From Geosiphon pyriformis uo1 (taxonomy: Eukaryota; Fungi; Glomeromycota), in the NCBI GenBank assembly GCA_016748015.1, contig JAAOMT010000128.1, positions 69,538-133,537 of the forward strand: 64,000 nt of DNA. The letters run 5' to 3'. Position numbers and translations under genes: made by a program. Positions 1 to 15,450 of this stretch are shown in pieces (within the stretch, counting starts at the first letter, position 1; the number at the start of each line of letters is the position of its first letter). The notes beneath the pieces are model-generated. The model was not told where the DNA came from, searched no databases, and saw only the letters and a program-made list of their open reading frames with translations.

Positions 1-3000
1 TATATTTGTATCTGAACTTCCATAATTCAGAACAATATTGTTTATTCAAACTGTACACAAAATCAACTATAATCTAAACAGTTTTTTTACAATCTTTAAA
101 TATCTGTAAAGCTTCATAGTATTAATTTTTAAGCACAAAGTTCTTACAAAGAAAAGTATATAGTTCAATATTTAACAAATACAAAAAAAGAGACTCTACA
201 ATTATAGAAAACAGTAGTATAAAGTTTCATTAGTGACCTTCAAATCTCAATTTGGTCAAGCAAAATTTTTTTATAAAACTTAATCTTTTTAGAGCAGATA
301 AATACATAATTAAAAAATTCAATCTTTTCACAATATAAATACAGAATACTTGGATATTTCTTGTCTTAAAGTTTTTTTCTAACTGCAACAGGTAGTTTTT
401 TATGAACCATTTTCATAAAATATGTGCACAAACCAGTTAAAGCCTTATTTGTAAAGTCTAATAGTATGTGTAAATTTGGATATCAAACTGCAATAGTTTA
501 ATTTCAATCAATATTTCAAACCAAAAAATTATTTAATATTTTGAAACCAAGTCCAACTTTCTACTAGACACAATTTATTAATCTATATATATTCCAAATA
601 AAATAATAAATATTATTAGATATTTTCAAATCATTAATTATAACAAAACATTTATACATATTACTGAACAGCAACAGAGAAAAACAGACAGCTTTGTATG
701 CTAAAACATTCACATAAACATTGCTTAAAACACCTGAATGTCTTTTAATCTTTGACCAAATTACTAAAAAATCTTTATCTCTAACCAAGTTAACAATAAG
801 TTTTCTTTTTATTTAGCAACAGTTTCAAAAATCAGAATCTGACAATCTTAATTCTGAAACATATGTATCTAAAGTGGTCTAACTGTCTAAATATAAAACT
901 ACAGTACAAAAAAATAACACATATTTTAAAACTAAAGCAATAACTTGCAATTTAGCTATTGTTAATAACAATAATTTATGAATTTTGACACTAATATCCA
1001 AGTTAATTTTAGAAAAATATGCAATAGTTCTATCAACTACAGCAGAAAAATCTAAATTCACTAAAAACTTATCTGTATAAACATTGATTGCACTTGACTA
1101 AATCTCAGAAATACATTTTTTCAAAATTGAAAACTGATTTGTTAACAAAACACTATTATTTTCTGCATCAAAAACCACATTAAAAAAGACTAGAATAAGA
1201 CTAGTATTACATAAAAAGTTTAACACCAAAGTAAACCAAGAAAGTACAGACCCCCTAGAATTTAATCTTTTCTAATGACAAAATGTTTTCCAATCTATAA
1301 CTTTGTTATATTTATTTAAAAATCTGTTATAAAAAGCCACATTAAATTTTTTTAAAGAAGTTATCTTGTTAAAATATAGAAAAGTATTCAAAATATGTAA
1401 CATAAAAAACTTGTCAAGACTAAAAAATACATAAGACAAATTATTCAATAATAAGAGATTATTATTTAAAAAAATACATATTACTCTAGCCAAAAAATTA
1501 TTAAAAAGACTAATTCATAACCTAACTGAATATTATAAAAAATTCAAAGAAGCTTAGTTCAAAATCTGCAGATTCAAAAATCTGTGATCAAAAAGCTAAC
1601 CAAAAATACCAACAGTATTTGTAAAAGCAACAATTAAAGTAACTTTTTCTTTAGTTTGAACTTGTTTAAATGTTTTTAGATTATACAATAAAGAGTAGTA
1701 CAGTGTTTTATTAAGAAAATCATGTAACAAATTAGTTTTTAACTTAAAACTCCTTCTAATTAAAACATTCTATTGACAGCAAATTTTAGAAAACATAAAA
1801 CTAAACTGTATTTAATATTTAATAATAAATTGCAAAATGTCTAAAACCAAATAAGAAAATTGTTTATCTATAATAGTTTTTTTTAATACTAAATTCAAAA
1901 AAAACTTGATATTAAACTAAGTCTTGATTAAACTAAGCTTGAATAAACTATCTGTTGATAAAAAAATACCTAAATATCTGTATAGCACATCTCTTTTGGC
2001 AATTAAAATCAGTAATTTACTAATCTTCAAAAAAACTTCTTTAACTCTTTAGTTAATAAGAATAGTTATTGTCTTGTTATTGTTAATTTTAATATTATTA
2101 AGATAAAAAAATTCATTAACAATATTCAAAATATATTGTGTAAAAACTTGGCTATTTTTAATCCAAATAGTATTATCAACAAATATATTAGCTGCAAAAA
2201 ATAAAGTTTTTTCTTTTTTGGCTTTTAATTTACCCATCTTGATTACAAATTTTATATTAATTTGATATCTACACAAATGTTTATGCCTTTTAACTTTACA
2301 CAAAAGAAAATTATAAAAGATTTTTCAAAGAAAAGAAAAAAATATCTTACTTTAATTCAGTCTATCTTGTACTTAATATCTATTTATTAGATTAAAGTCT
2401 GTCATAATCCTATTTATTTTGTTTTTATAAATATTGTCAAAAAAACTGATGAATCTCTTACATATTTTAATATATTGTAAATTAGTTATTAAATTATACC
2501 AACCAATAGAATTATATACTTTGTACATATTCTGCAAAACTGGTCATATTTTTCTATTTTTTTTTAAAGTATTTTCTATTATTAAGCCAACAGCAAAAAT
2601 AGGAGACTATTAAAATACCTCTTGAAACAGAATTTTTATTCTCACAAAAAACACTGAATCTGCTGCAAGCAAACAAGATTTGATCTAAGAGAATCTTAGA
2701 AAAAAATTTTTTGGCAGTTTTAATTAGAGTAATAGATTAAGTATTCATTAATATTTTATCTCATTTATAAGCTTAAGTATTATTAAAATTTATGCACTTT
2801 TTTACTGAATTAAAACTACATTCAGAGTCAAACATGAGTTTATAAAACTCAAAAGATACTTGAAGATATTATTACTACTATGCTTTTACAATTTATTAGA
2901 AATACCACTCAGATTAACAGTCTTTTTATTTGGCAAATCCTTAACTACATGAATTGATTTCTCAAAATTGATAATGCTTATAACATTCAAAAATATACTA

Positions 3001-6000
3001 TTATTTACATAACTTAAAAAAGCATATTAATTAGCCCAAACTTTAAGCATAGAACTTAAAACTGTTCATTTTTTAGTTTAATTTTTCATAATAATATTAA
3101 CTTTAGACTTAATATTTTTGATTATATGGTCTTTATTTAAACAAAAATTTTTTATTTTTTTCTCAATTACATATCTGATAACAGTTGTTTTGGCAGTCTT
3201 AAACTTATATATTTTAAACTTACAATAATTTTTCTTATTTTAGACAAACAACTAAAAATGTTTACCAACTTAGCACTACTTTGAATCATAATTTGTATTT
3301 CTAAAGCTTTGTTTTTATTAGTGACTAATCAAGCATGAAACAGATATTCAGTCTTAAATATATTACCAAATCTGAAAAATTTTATCACTTTGGCAACTAG
3401 CAATTCCAATTTAAAGAATTTCAATAACTGTTTATTAGAAAAACATTTGGTTTCACTATATTAATGTTTAGAAAATGTCTTATTAATTGATTCTATTATT
3501 ATATCTCTTAAAAGTTTTTATATTACATTTAGATTGTCTTTTACATTTGTTTTATCAAACTTATTTTTTACCAAAGAAAGATTAGTAAAAGAAATATTAT
3601 AAAAACTATTTTACTTAATATTATTAGTACTTTTAATATTAAATTTACAACAACTTTTATTTGTTTGTTTGTGAATATTATTCAGATAACTATTTAAAAA
3701 ACCTTCTAACCTAACTGAAATCACAATCATTTTGTAATTAATATTAAAAAAATCAGATACACAGTTAATCTTATAATTTACAACTGTTAATAACAAATTC
3801 TTATTAATAAAAATGTAGTTAATAACTTTCTTAGCTCTCTTAAAGTTGTTCCAAATAAAAATTTTGACCAAAAAATATCTACTAAATAAATTAACCAATT
3901 TCATATTCAAGCACTTTCTAAAACTTGCATTTTTCTTAGATCTATCTTTATTAAAATCTCCACCCAAAACAACAAAAGTGCTGGAATTAACCACTTTAAC
4001 AATAGAAAAATTGATTTTTAAAGCCTATTTAAATCTAGTTTCAGAAAAAGCACTAGTATACAAACCCAAAATTGTTACCAAAAGTTTGTCTTTAAACAGA
4101 AAATACACAAAAATCAGTTAATTTGAAATCTCATTAATTTTTAAAACATGTTAAGCCAGAGAACTGTTTATAATTATGGCCACTTTTGTACCACAAAAAT
4201 CTACATCCAAACCAGAAGTAAAAATACAAACTTTATCAAACTTATTTATAATCTATAACCTAATATTAAATCTTAATTTGGTTTTTATAATAATAAAAAT
4301 TGTGTTATTCAAGATTAAATACCAACAAATAACATCTTTTTACTTGGTAAAAACATTGATACTTTAAATATTATACATAAAAATCTTCTAAATTAAGTCA
4401 GTTATTAAAATATGAAAGATGCCAAAACACTTGGCTTGAAAAATAACTGATCTAACTTGACCAAAATTGAAAAAATAAAGACCTTAAGAATAACTAATTT
4501 TGATTTAAAACCACTTACTTTGATAGTTAAAACTTTAGAATTGCTTGTGTTTAAACTTGAAATCTTATCTATTGCCAATAAAAAAGGAAAAAATAACACT
4601 TGTAGATTATTTAAGACCATATTCAAATATAAATTTAAACCAAATTTTGTTGAGTCTACCAAGATAAAAGACAAAAAAAAAGAAACAGAAAAGAAAAGCA
4701 TTAAATTTATAATATCTAATCTGTATAATACAAAACAGTAAAAGAAAGAAATTAAGAAACAGACACCAAAAACACCAAATCTATTATGCTTAATTTTTTT
4801 ATAATGTCTGACACTTGATCAGCCAAAAACTCTAAAGAGTGTTCCAAAAAAACCAAGTAAACATTAATAAATGAATTATCTTAAACAACCAAAGCACTAT
4901 TTTTAACACATGACATATTAAAGAGGAAAATTCAAAACCAAAACCAGAGTAAATATTATCAAAAAAAACAATAAGTAAGACTACTTGCACCCAAAATTTA
5001 TCACCAAAAGCAGCAAAATAGAAAATAAAAACATTTTTCTTAGTATATAATCTGGCCAGCTAAAAACAGTTTCCTTTTGAGACAATTTTTTTATAATAAA
5101 TTTTCTTAAAAAGTAAAACAAATGCTTCTAATACATTACACTCCAAGAGTAAATGTTTAAAGCACTCATATTTTACATATTTAACCAAATTCAATCTGAC
5201 CTAAAAGAGTTTTGTACTATCTAAAATAAGCTCTGTATAAAATACAAATTCTATATTATTTTCTATTTTAAATTTAACCATAGTACAATAAACTTTATTG
5301 CCATTCTTAAATAACTAATTAATAATACAAGTTTTTTTACCAGCTTTCTTTAATAGAATGCCCAAATCATAAACAGTTGTTCTTATAAGTAAAGTAAACA
5401 AAAATGCTTTGAATTAATTTTTTAACATCTAAATATTATAATCTTTTATAGCTTTGGCTATACATACTAAGTTTTTGCTAATTAAGAATAACCACTTAGA
5501 TGCCAATTGATTAACTTGATTTAATTTGGCAAATTTCATTACAGCTTTCTATTACAGTCCAATAAATTACAATTTGATGAACACAATTTGATCATACTTA
5601 AATACTGTAATAACAATTATTTTTTTAAGTATATCTATGAGAATTTTTTTAATTATTATAGCCCAATTTGAATGTATTTTTTGTCTTTTAAGATTGTTAT
5701 TTATGATGATTTCTTTTTTTTGGCTAATTATATAGCTTTTTTTATGCTTTCTTCTAAAGTAAATGTCAATCTAATAATTTTTTCAAATTTTGAAAGAGTA
5801 ATAGTCTTTTTAAAATCATTGATTGCTGAAAAAAATATTTTAATTAATTAAGTTTTTGCTGTTACTAATTTGTTTTCTACTGCTGAAAATTTAATGTTCA
5901 AAACAAAGAATTTTTTGACAGCTACTTTTATTTGAGTCTTTACTATTTTAGGATTAATTTACTTTTTCTTCAGAAATATGTTAAGAAAAGAAGAAAAAGA

Positions 6001-6480
6001 TTCTTTATTCTCATCTATACCAAAGTCAATTTTACCAAAAAAAAAGTTATACTTCAAGTTAGTATTAATTTTTGTAGTTTTAAGAATTATTGCTATTGAA
6101 CCAAAAAAGAAACTACTACTAATATTTGCTAAAACATTATTATTTTTACTATTATTAGATTTACTGTTCATGTTCGAATACATACCTCTATCAAAACCAG
6201 ATTTAACTAAAGAAATATCTTTTTTTATTATTAGAATACTTAATGTTGTCTATAAAAACTCTTTTTTTCTGGAAAAAAACTCTTTAACAGATTTATAAAG
6301 AGCTTCTTTGAATGTCTTTTTCTTAAACATATTGCTACCAAAAGCAATTATCAAATCCACCACAAAAAGATTATTTGTTTGTAAAATGTTGAAGGTAATA
6401 ATACTAAAAAAATAATAATAAAAAAACAAAAAACTTCTTTTTTCAAAAAACTGCTTTTTGAAAATTTAGATGTAAAAAAG
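1..6480 (-). mobile_element. LINE copy A, heavily decayed, near full length (3' end outside window); ORF2 ~1-4405, ORF1 ~4405-6350
   Basis: Stop-riddled homologues of APE endonuclease (VVLGGDFN, 3611-3994), RT (ANIFVDNTIW, 2049-2303) and RNase H (564-1061), collinear with copies C and F. The 5' boundary is approximate. Confidence 0.85.
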
Positions 6481-6861
6481 AAAGAAGTTTTAAGTTTTTT
6501 TAATATTATATTCTTAAAATTATTTAAATTTAATTATTTAAATTATTAATTTTTAAAAAAATAATACACTAAATAAGCTTAAACTAAATTAATTAATTTA
6601 ATATGTATAAATAATTAATATATTTAAAATAAATATATTATATAATTTAGCTATATATATTTTTTTTATAAATTAAAAAAATATATTAATTTTATATTAA
6701 GTTAATTTTTTGTTATAGTTTTATAATAAATAATATATTGTTTTAAATTTTTTTATTTTTCATAAATATACTTTTTTTATTATAAAAAAATAATATAAAA
6801 AATATTTACTTATTAAATTATTTGATTTTAAAGATTGAATTAATGTTTTTTTTCTATTTTT

Positions 6862-7909
6862 TTTTTTTTTTTTATGTTTATTGAGTGAAGTTCAAACGCA
6901 GCCTAGAACTATACATCATATAAATAATTTAAATTAGATGCAAATTATGCTTTTTTTACATGTGACTAGCCACTCAGACCAATCAGAACAACACTATACA
7001 CTTATATATACAGAAACCATGTCACTGATACCTAAGAGAAACTGACAAGACTTACGTAACCCAAAACTAATACCATGCACATCGGTAATACCCAGCAACC
7101 TAACCATACCAGCCAAAAGCATTAAAGAAAGACCAGAGACCGAGATAGAAATAAAGCCATCACATGGAATCAGCCCATTTTTTTCCATAAAAGCCTGATG
7201 TTTGGTCTGAACCAGCCACAAACTCTCCCGAAAAGTGATATACAATTTATGTACAAAATTCACTATATTTAAACTAGCAACTTTAAGATCTTTAAAGACA
7301 GAAACTGACTCATTAAACCACCCACCAAATACAAAGTCCTTATACAGAGCAGCACAGACATCCACATTAGCAGCACAATCAAATAGCAACTGAAACACAC
7401 ATAAAGAAAAACGAGATAACCCAGAGCACACCTCCCAAGCAGAAGCACAAGTATCCATCAACCAAACACAATCAGCAGTATCAAACAGGCAAGAAAAAAC
7501 ATGATCTGAGACTTCGACATTTTTACAGAACAAACACACCACATTGGAATAAAGTCTATTATAAAGACGCTTATGCACAGCAACCAGAAGCTGATGATGT
7601 AAACCCTTCATGAAATAAGAACAAAAACCAGCAGTCCGCACACTAATAAAGCCAGCAGCCAAGTGAGAATCTGGATGCCAAACCAATGATAACCTGGGCC
7701 AATTAATATTAGCACGCAGACTATCCATCACAACATGGAAACCAGAACCAACCTCCCAATGCACATAGTGAATAGAACGGAAAACATTACGAACAAAATG
7801 TCTAGAATTACCAGAAATTGCAGTATCATCAGCCTTCAAAAATTGTTTACTGATCGAATGAGGCAAGCACCAGCCAGATAAAGCTGCAGCCTTAGCAAAC
7901 ATATTGGCA
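6862..7909 (-). mobile_element. LINE copy B, 5'-truncated, with poly(A) tail
   Basis: ORF 6994-7902 is the ORF2 C-terminus (CLFCKNVEVSDHVFSC). It is followed by the conserved ~130-nt 3' UTR and a poly(T) run on the + strand. Possible TSD CTATTTTT at 6854-6861 and 7910-7917. Confidence 0.9.
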
Positions 7910-8550
7910 CTATTTTTGTTGTTATTTATAATAATACTTAAAAAATAATTTTTAGTTATTAAAGATTTTTTAAATAAATAGTCTTTATTTTAGTATCTAA
8001 TATTTAAAATTAAATTAGCTTTTATTAAAACTATCTTTTAGTTTATGCATAATTTTATTGGTGCTAAATTTGTGTTTAAAAATAATATAAAGTTTTTTAA
8101 TATAATTTTTGTTTTTCAAGCTTTTTTAAATTAAGTTTTTTGATTTTGATTTTTTTTTACTTTAAAATAATTAAATTTATAATAATTTCTGGGTTTTTTT
8201 TCTGTTGCTATTATTCTATATAATATGTTTTTAAATATATTTATAATTAATATTAAAATAGTTTTTAGTATTTATAATATTTATAATAAAGTTTTTAAAG
8301 TTATATTGAAATTTACAAATATTTAATAATATATTATTATTTATTTTAAGTTTTTTAATATAATTACAATTATTTTAATATATTAATTACTTTTAATAGG
8401 CAAAAATAATATTAAAAAAAAGTCTATTTTTTTTATAATATGTTTAAAACCAAATTAATTAATTTTTTTTTAACTGCTTAGTTTTTAAAATTAACAAACT
8501 GGTTTTTTAAATTAATAATTATATTTGTTTTTTTTTTGTTATTATAAGTA
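7910..8550 (+). mobile_element. Extremely decayed fragment of the ORF1-only element family (homologous to ~54440-55130)
   Basis: aaattaaattagcttttattaaaactatcttttagtttatgcataattttattggtgctaaa aligns by eye with aatattaaattggcttatgttaagactgtttttcaatctgtacatggttttttggatgcaaaa at ~54538. Confidence 0.75.
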
Positions 8551-8575
8551 GTTATATATATATATATATATATAT

Positions 8576-11500
8576 TTTTATTAATATTTAATAAGTAAGA
8601 TCTAAATATTGCCTAGTATAATACATCAAAAAAATTAATCTAAACTAGATATGAATTATGCAATTTCTATATATAACCAGCCATTCAAACCAATCAAGAC
8701 AATACTATATATCTATATAAACAGAAATAGGATCTCCAATACCCAAAAAAAACAAACAAGACTTACAAAACCCAAAGCTAGTACCAAATGTCTCAGCAAT
8801 ACTGAGCAATTTGATCACACCAGCAGAAAGCACTAAGAGCAGTCTAGAGACTGAAACTAGAGCCAAATTATCATGTAATATCAGTCTATTCTTTTTCATA
8901 AATGCACAATGTTTTGTATGAACAACTCAAATCTCATCTTTAAAAGCAAAGCAAAAATTATGCACGAAGTTTACAATCTTCTGACTAGCAATTTTTGAAT
9001 TCCTGAAGATAAACACAGTCTTTTGTAGCCAAACATTAAAGACAAAACCTTTGCAAAGAGCCATACACACCACTATATTTGAAACACAGGAGGATAACAA
9101 CTAAGACACACATGAAGAGGAGTAAAAAAAACCAGAAAGCATATTCCAAGCAACTATATGGGCATTTAACAATTGATGACAAACAGAATTATCAACTACA
9201 CAAAAAAAAACATGATTGAGATCTCAATATCATCACAATACAGACACAATATACTGGAGTAATATCTGTTATACAGGCATTTTCAAACAGCAACTGGTAG
9301 CCAACAATGTAAAGTCTTCATAAAATATGTACAGGCACTAACAGTTGACTTACTAGTAAAACCAGCAGCCATATGCAAATCAAAATGCTACACCAAAGAT
9401 AAGCTAAACCAATTAACATCTGACAACAAGCTACTATCCAAAACTTTAGAACCAAAACTGACTTCCCAATGTGTATGGTAAACAGACTGAAAGATTTTAT
9501 AAATAAAATGTCTAGAATTACCAGAAACAACATTATCATCAGCCATAATGTAACATTTATCCAACTGGTGCAGAAAATACCAAGAAGAAAAAAAAACCAT
9601 ATTAGCAAGCATGTCTGCACACACATTACCTAACACATCCAAATGTCTTTTCATCTTTTGTCAATTAATGTTTAAGTTCTTTTTCTGAACAATGTTTACT
9701 ATGTGCCAATGCTCAACCCAATACCAATTCCAAAAATCTGAATGTACAAGACCCAAATCCAATTTACATACATCCAAAGCAGCCTAATTGTCTGTGTAGA
9801 AACAAACTAAGCTAAAAGAAAGAACACATTCAAGAGCCAATGCAATAGCCTGCAACTCTGCCAGAGTGGAAGATATTAGATCCAAAACTCTAATCTCCAA
9901 ACTCAGGTTAATATTCTTAAAATAAACTGCCACACCAGCCTTAACATCCACACTTCCCAAGTTCTTTAGAGATTCATCAGTATAAACAGAAAGGCTATTA
10001 GTTGTGACATTCAAAAAATAATTACATACAAGCCTAAATTTATCAGTCTCCAAAACATTCAAAGATTCAGAAACACCCAAAGAAGCCAAGCAAATAGGAG
10101 AAGAAGCCATATCATTAAAAAAGCTGACAGAATGCCCAAACCAGTCAGGAACAGGACCACATAAATTCAACCTCTTCCAATACTTGAAAGTTTTTCAATT
10201 AAAAACAGAACCATCCTTACAGCAAAGCTGTTTTACAAAAGCAATGCCATAGCACTGAAGGGATGAAAAAAACTTAAAAAATCCAGACTTGTCAAGAACT
10301 GATGACATAAGAGTCCCACCACAAAGATGGAAAAAATTGTTTATATGACCATCCAAAGACAACTTACATCCAAGAAAAATACAAACCACACCTATCAAAA
10401 AATTATTAGAAACACTAACCTTAATATGAGTGAGAGAAACCAAAGGGTAAAGTAGACTCTAAGACAGAACCTGCAAGTCATGAGACCAATGTAAAAACAA
10501 ATGACCTAAAATTCTGATAGAGTTTGCAAAACACACTACAGAAGCCACTTTGTTTTTAGCCTGGACCTGCTCAAAAGTTTTCAAATTATACAACAAAAGA
10601 TAACAGAGTACATCATTGGAAAAATCAAGAGACAGACTGGATTTTAACTTCAAGCCCTTATAGATTAAAGCATCCTACTTATTACACATATTAATAAGAA
10701 CAAAGCTAAACTGCATTCTGTAGCTGACAATAGAATGGAGAACTGCTAACACTAAATACAAAAATTGCTTATCAGAAACAGCTTTCTTCAGAACAAGATT
10801 GGTAAAAAAATGGACATTAGAATGTGTCTTAGCCAAGCTAGACTTTGATAAACCTTCAATTGACAAAAAGATATCCAAGTAGTAATAAGATTTACTTTTT
10901 TTGGTAATAGAAATAGGCAAATCACTGATTGACAAATTAGGGCAATCAACTCTGCAATTAATAGGAATGACTATTGTCTTGTCATTATTGATAGAAATAT
11001 CATTGATCTGAAAAAATTCACTAGCAATGTTGAGAATATGTTGGGTCACAGTTTGGCTGCTACCAATTCAGATTGTGTCATCAACAAAAACACCAACAAC
11101 AAGAAAAAATGTTAATCTAGCTTGAAATTCTAAACAACCCATTCTGACAATATAATGAGAGTTCAGTCTGTATCCACATACACTTTCTTGTCTCTTGATC
11201 TCACACAGAAAAAAATCATAAAATATGCATTAAAGAAGCAGCAAGAACACCTCTCTTTGGTCTAAACTGTTATGCACCTGATATTCATCTGTTAACCCAA
11301 AATCTATCATAACTCTATTGACATAATCATTGTGAATGCCACCAAAAAATTTAATAAACTTGTCACACATTTTTATCCTAACCAAGCTTCTTCTAAGATG
11401 TTCTTATCCAACAAAGTCATAGGTCTTTCTCATGTTTTGTAAGACCAACCAGAGTTCATAATTCTTTTTCAAAGCATTCTCAACAACTGAACCAACAGCA

Positions 11501-14500
11501 AAAATAGAAGATTGTGTTATCATATTCATTAAAACTGAGAAATTGTCTTTACATAAAACATTAAAAGTGCTACATGCCAATGAGATCCTGTTTGAGAGAA
11601 TTTTAGAAAGAATTTTACAGACTGTTTCAATTAAAACAATTGGCCAAGTATTAATAAGAACACTTTCTTACTCATAAGGCTTAAGGATTATTAAGACCCA
11701 AGTTTTTTTTCAAGCATGGAGCACCAATTCACAAGACAAACAAGAATTCAAAAGTGCTAAAAGCATATCCAAAACTGTTCTGTTACAATGTTTTTAGAGC
11801 TCATTTAAGATTTCAGAAAAACCAGCAGTCTTACCATTAGACAAATTAGAAACCACACCAAACAACTCATTAAAGCCAACTGAACCCATCACATTTAAGA
11901 AAATATCATCAAAAATGTACTCAAAAGGTTAATATTAATGAGATCACTTATCAAAAGAATTAGTCTCCACTCTGTGCTTTCTAGTTCAGCCCTTTATTAT
12001 CAAATACACCTCAATTTTAACCAGTTTAAGTTCCAGAATCAGTTTATCCTCAATAATCAGATGGTCTAAAACTACCTTTCGAAAAGGACACTTCAACACA
12101 CTTCTGATTGTATGATCTTTATTAACTGCAAAATTTTTTATTCTTCTATCAATAGCTGACCTGATTCCTGACTTTTTAATTCACAAAAACTTAGCAAGCT
12201 TGAAGGCATGATATGATTTTCTTACACTGGAAAAAGCTGAATGCACACAATCAAAATTCATACCAAAGTCCATAAGATCCTAAATAACCAAAGCTTTAAC
12301 ACTGTCTAAAGAATTCCAGTATTTTATAAGAGACACAAATTTGTTAAGACTTTCTTTATAAGAAGTCTTGACAATCCTTGAAACTAAAAATTCCAGTTTA
12401 TGAAACCTAAAAAAATCTTCAGTGAAAACATTATTATAGCTCTTGAACCATTTTTTTTTAAATATCTCATTAGCTGAAAGAGTCATTATTTTGTGAACAA
12501 TGTCTCACATTGCACCCAGATCTGAAAACTTCATAGAGACTGCAAACTCATTAGAGAACATTACTGCATTGGCAACTGTGGTGTTTTTAAAATCATTTCA
12601 CTTCATATTATTAGCACTCTTAAAATCAAATTTCCATTAGTCTCTATTAGTCTGCTTGTAAATAGAGTTCAAGTGCACATTCAAAAGCCCACCTAAACCA
12701 ACAGACATAAAAACTGCTTGGTGATTAGTATTGAAATATTCATTAACATTCATAACATTGCAATCTACTACTGCATTAACCAAATTTAAAGAGATGAATA
12801 CATAATTAATTGTTTTTTCTACACCCTTTGAATTTTTCCATGTTGGATCTCTTGCAATTAGACTCTCTAACAAAGAATTGACCAGCCCCAAATCAAGGTA
12901 TTTTTTGAAACTCGCATATCTGCAGAAACTATTTTTATTGAAATCCTTACCTAATACAATAAAAGAGAACTCATTTACAATCTTAGCTATCAGAAAATTA
13001 ATATCACCAGCCTGAGAAAAATAAACAGCCAGAGAAACACCAGCATAAACCCTAGAATTAAAACAGAAAGTTTATTCTTAAAAAGCAACTTGACAGAAAA
13101 AAACTGGCCAGACACTTCAGAAATTTTACATACATAACAAACCAGAGAAGCATTCATGATAATTGCCACCTTAGCACCAAGAAACTCTTTGTCCAACTCA
13201 GGTGAAAAAACCCTAACTCTCATTAAACTTATTCTTAATTCATGGTTTACAGCTAAACCTTAACTTTATTTTTATAACTATCAAAACCAAATTTTCAGAA
13301 TTTCTATGTCAACAGACAATGTTCTTTTGTTTAGCAAAGATATTGATACTGCAAACATTACACATAGCACAAAATCACTTATTAAGAAGTAAGGAGAGCT
13401 AATAAACCCAAACCAGAGCATAAGCAATCCAATCTTTCCAAGACTGATTCAACTAACACTTTCAAACCCACCATCTTAGATTCCAATCCACCCACCTTGG
13501 TGGTCAAAATCTTAGAACTACTCGAGTTAAAGTCAGCAAATATATCTACAATGATCAAAAGAGAGGGGGCAGGAGATGTCAACATGTTATCTAGGACCAT
13601 ATTCAAATCCAAATTAGAAGCCAAAAATGCTTGGGTGATTGGAGGAAATACATAAGACATGTTTGTTAAAAGCACCAATTCTACAAAGCTCAGTTTTTTC
13701 ATAATAATAGAAACTTGATCTGACAAAAGCTCCAAAAAACATTTCAAAGAAGCCAAACAATCAACCAAACAGGGATTACTAAGAGGATTAGAAACTATTA
13801 AAATAAGTTTCATACTTAAAGCCAAACCAACACCAAAAGAATTCAATGAAATCACATAAAGGAAAAAACTACTAGTAATCTGAATTCAAGTCTTGTCACC
13901 AAAAGAAACTGGACAAGCAATAGGTGCCTATTTTTTCTTATAAATATTGGCCAAGCAGATAAAATTCTGAGAATCTACCATCCACTTACCATGACTGCCA
14001 GAATTCTCATCCACAGTACAATCAACAGATATATGACCAAATTGTATATACTGAGCACAACAGGCCAAAAAGAGACCAGCCCAGCACAAATTTACACTCT
14101 TAAACACTAGAGTAGAGCTAATAATAGTTAATAAGAATGTCTTATTTTCAAAACACACTATAGCACACCTATCATACACATATGAATTTGGATCATAGCC
14201 AATGAAACAAGTTTTCTTATCATAAGAAACTAACAAATCAGATAAGTTATAAGCAATAGTGCCAACTAGAAGTGTATGCAACAAAGTCTGATGCTGATTT
14301 CTGGATACCCATATTTGTTTGTCACTAATAGTTTTTGCCACACAAACAGAATTTTTTTCCATAAAAACAGACAATCTAGCTGCAACCAAATCAGCTATTT
14401 CAGATGATTCATATTTCATTAGAGCTTTTTGCCAGAGGCCAATTAATTGTATTTTAATAAATACTACCTTACTAAATTTAGAAAACACAGATTCCACAGT

Positions 14501-15450
14501 CAATTTGGAAAAATCAACTGAAATCTCCTTAACAACAATTTCCCAATCTGAACATTTGTTTATCTGCCTAACATCATCATTAACTAAAATCTTTTCACCA
14601 ATAGCCAATTCCTTTGTCTTTTTCAAACTAAATTCAGATGTGAAAGATAACTTAATAATTTCTGAAAATTTTAAGAAAGTAAAAGCCCCCCCAAAATTAT
14701 CAACTTAATAGAAAATTTTCTTGACTGCAATTAATTTATCACTAATAGTTTTACTCAGCACAGCAAATAGCTCAATATCTAACATGAAAAATTTGACTGG
14801 TTCAAAATCATGTCTATTTAAGATACATAACCTGACAGTTGGCAACTGATTGGATCCAACAACCACATAAGGAAAAAGTTTCAGCACTTTATCATCATCA
14901 TTTATATGTTCAAACACAGATTGTTTTGGTGGGTTGTCTAGCATATATGTCTGAGTGTAAGTTTTTCTCAGTGTAACTTTATTTATATTATTGTTCTCAT
15001 CTGATTCTGCATAACTGGTTTTTTCAGCAATTGTGTTTGTCATATCTTCGACATTCAAAAGACTGCTTACACTGTTATTAACACTGCCAACTTCACTTCT
15101 CCAAGACACCACAAATTTAATACTAGCACCACCAATATTTCTTAAGTTCACAAGACCAGTAAACAAGTCAATTATATTATTGGCTTCAGGCTTTTTCAGC
15201 TTCTTAAATAATAGACTGCAAAAGTACACACTATTCACACAAGCTTTCTTTTTGCCACTAGACCAGATCTTTAATCCAGCTAAATCAGTACCAGAACTAC
15301 TAGCAGAAAAGCCTATTAGATCCATAGCAACAAAAAAAGACATAAAAAAAAATAACTGTAAAAACTAAGGATAAAAAATAAAAAAAAGAACTATTTCTAT
15401 GACAAAAAATCCTCTGCTTTTGTTATGACCAGAAAATTGATGAGAGAAAA
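8576..15450 (-). mobile_element. LINE copy C, full length, pseudogenised
   Basis: 3' UTR at ~8580-8704. ORF2 remnants: RNase H (VYTDESL...SSTLAELQAIA, 9784-10170), RT (FVDDT, ~11075-11090) and APE (12637-13223). ORF1 remnants 13382-15343 with a decayed CCHC knuckle (CAQYIQFGHISVDC). Possible TSD TAGTTAT(A/T)TATATAT at ~8549 and ~15461. Confidence 0.92.

Noticed and set aside
14319-15368. Repeated + strand ORFs opposite LINE ORF1 (also 52340-53203)
   Set aside because: Shadow frames of ORF1 codons; no independent motifs and inconsistent boundaries between copies.
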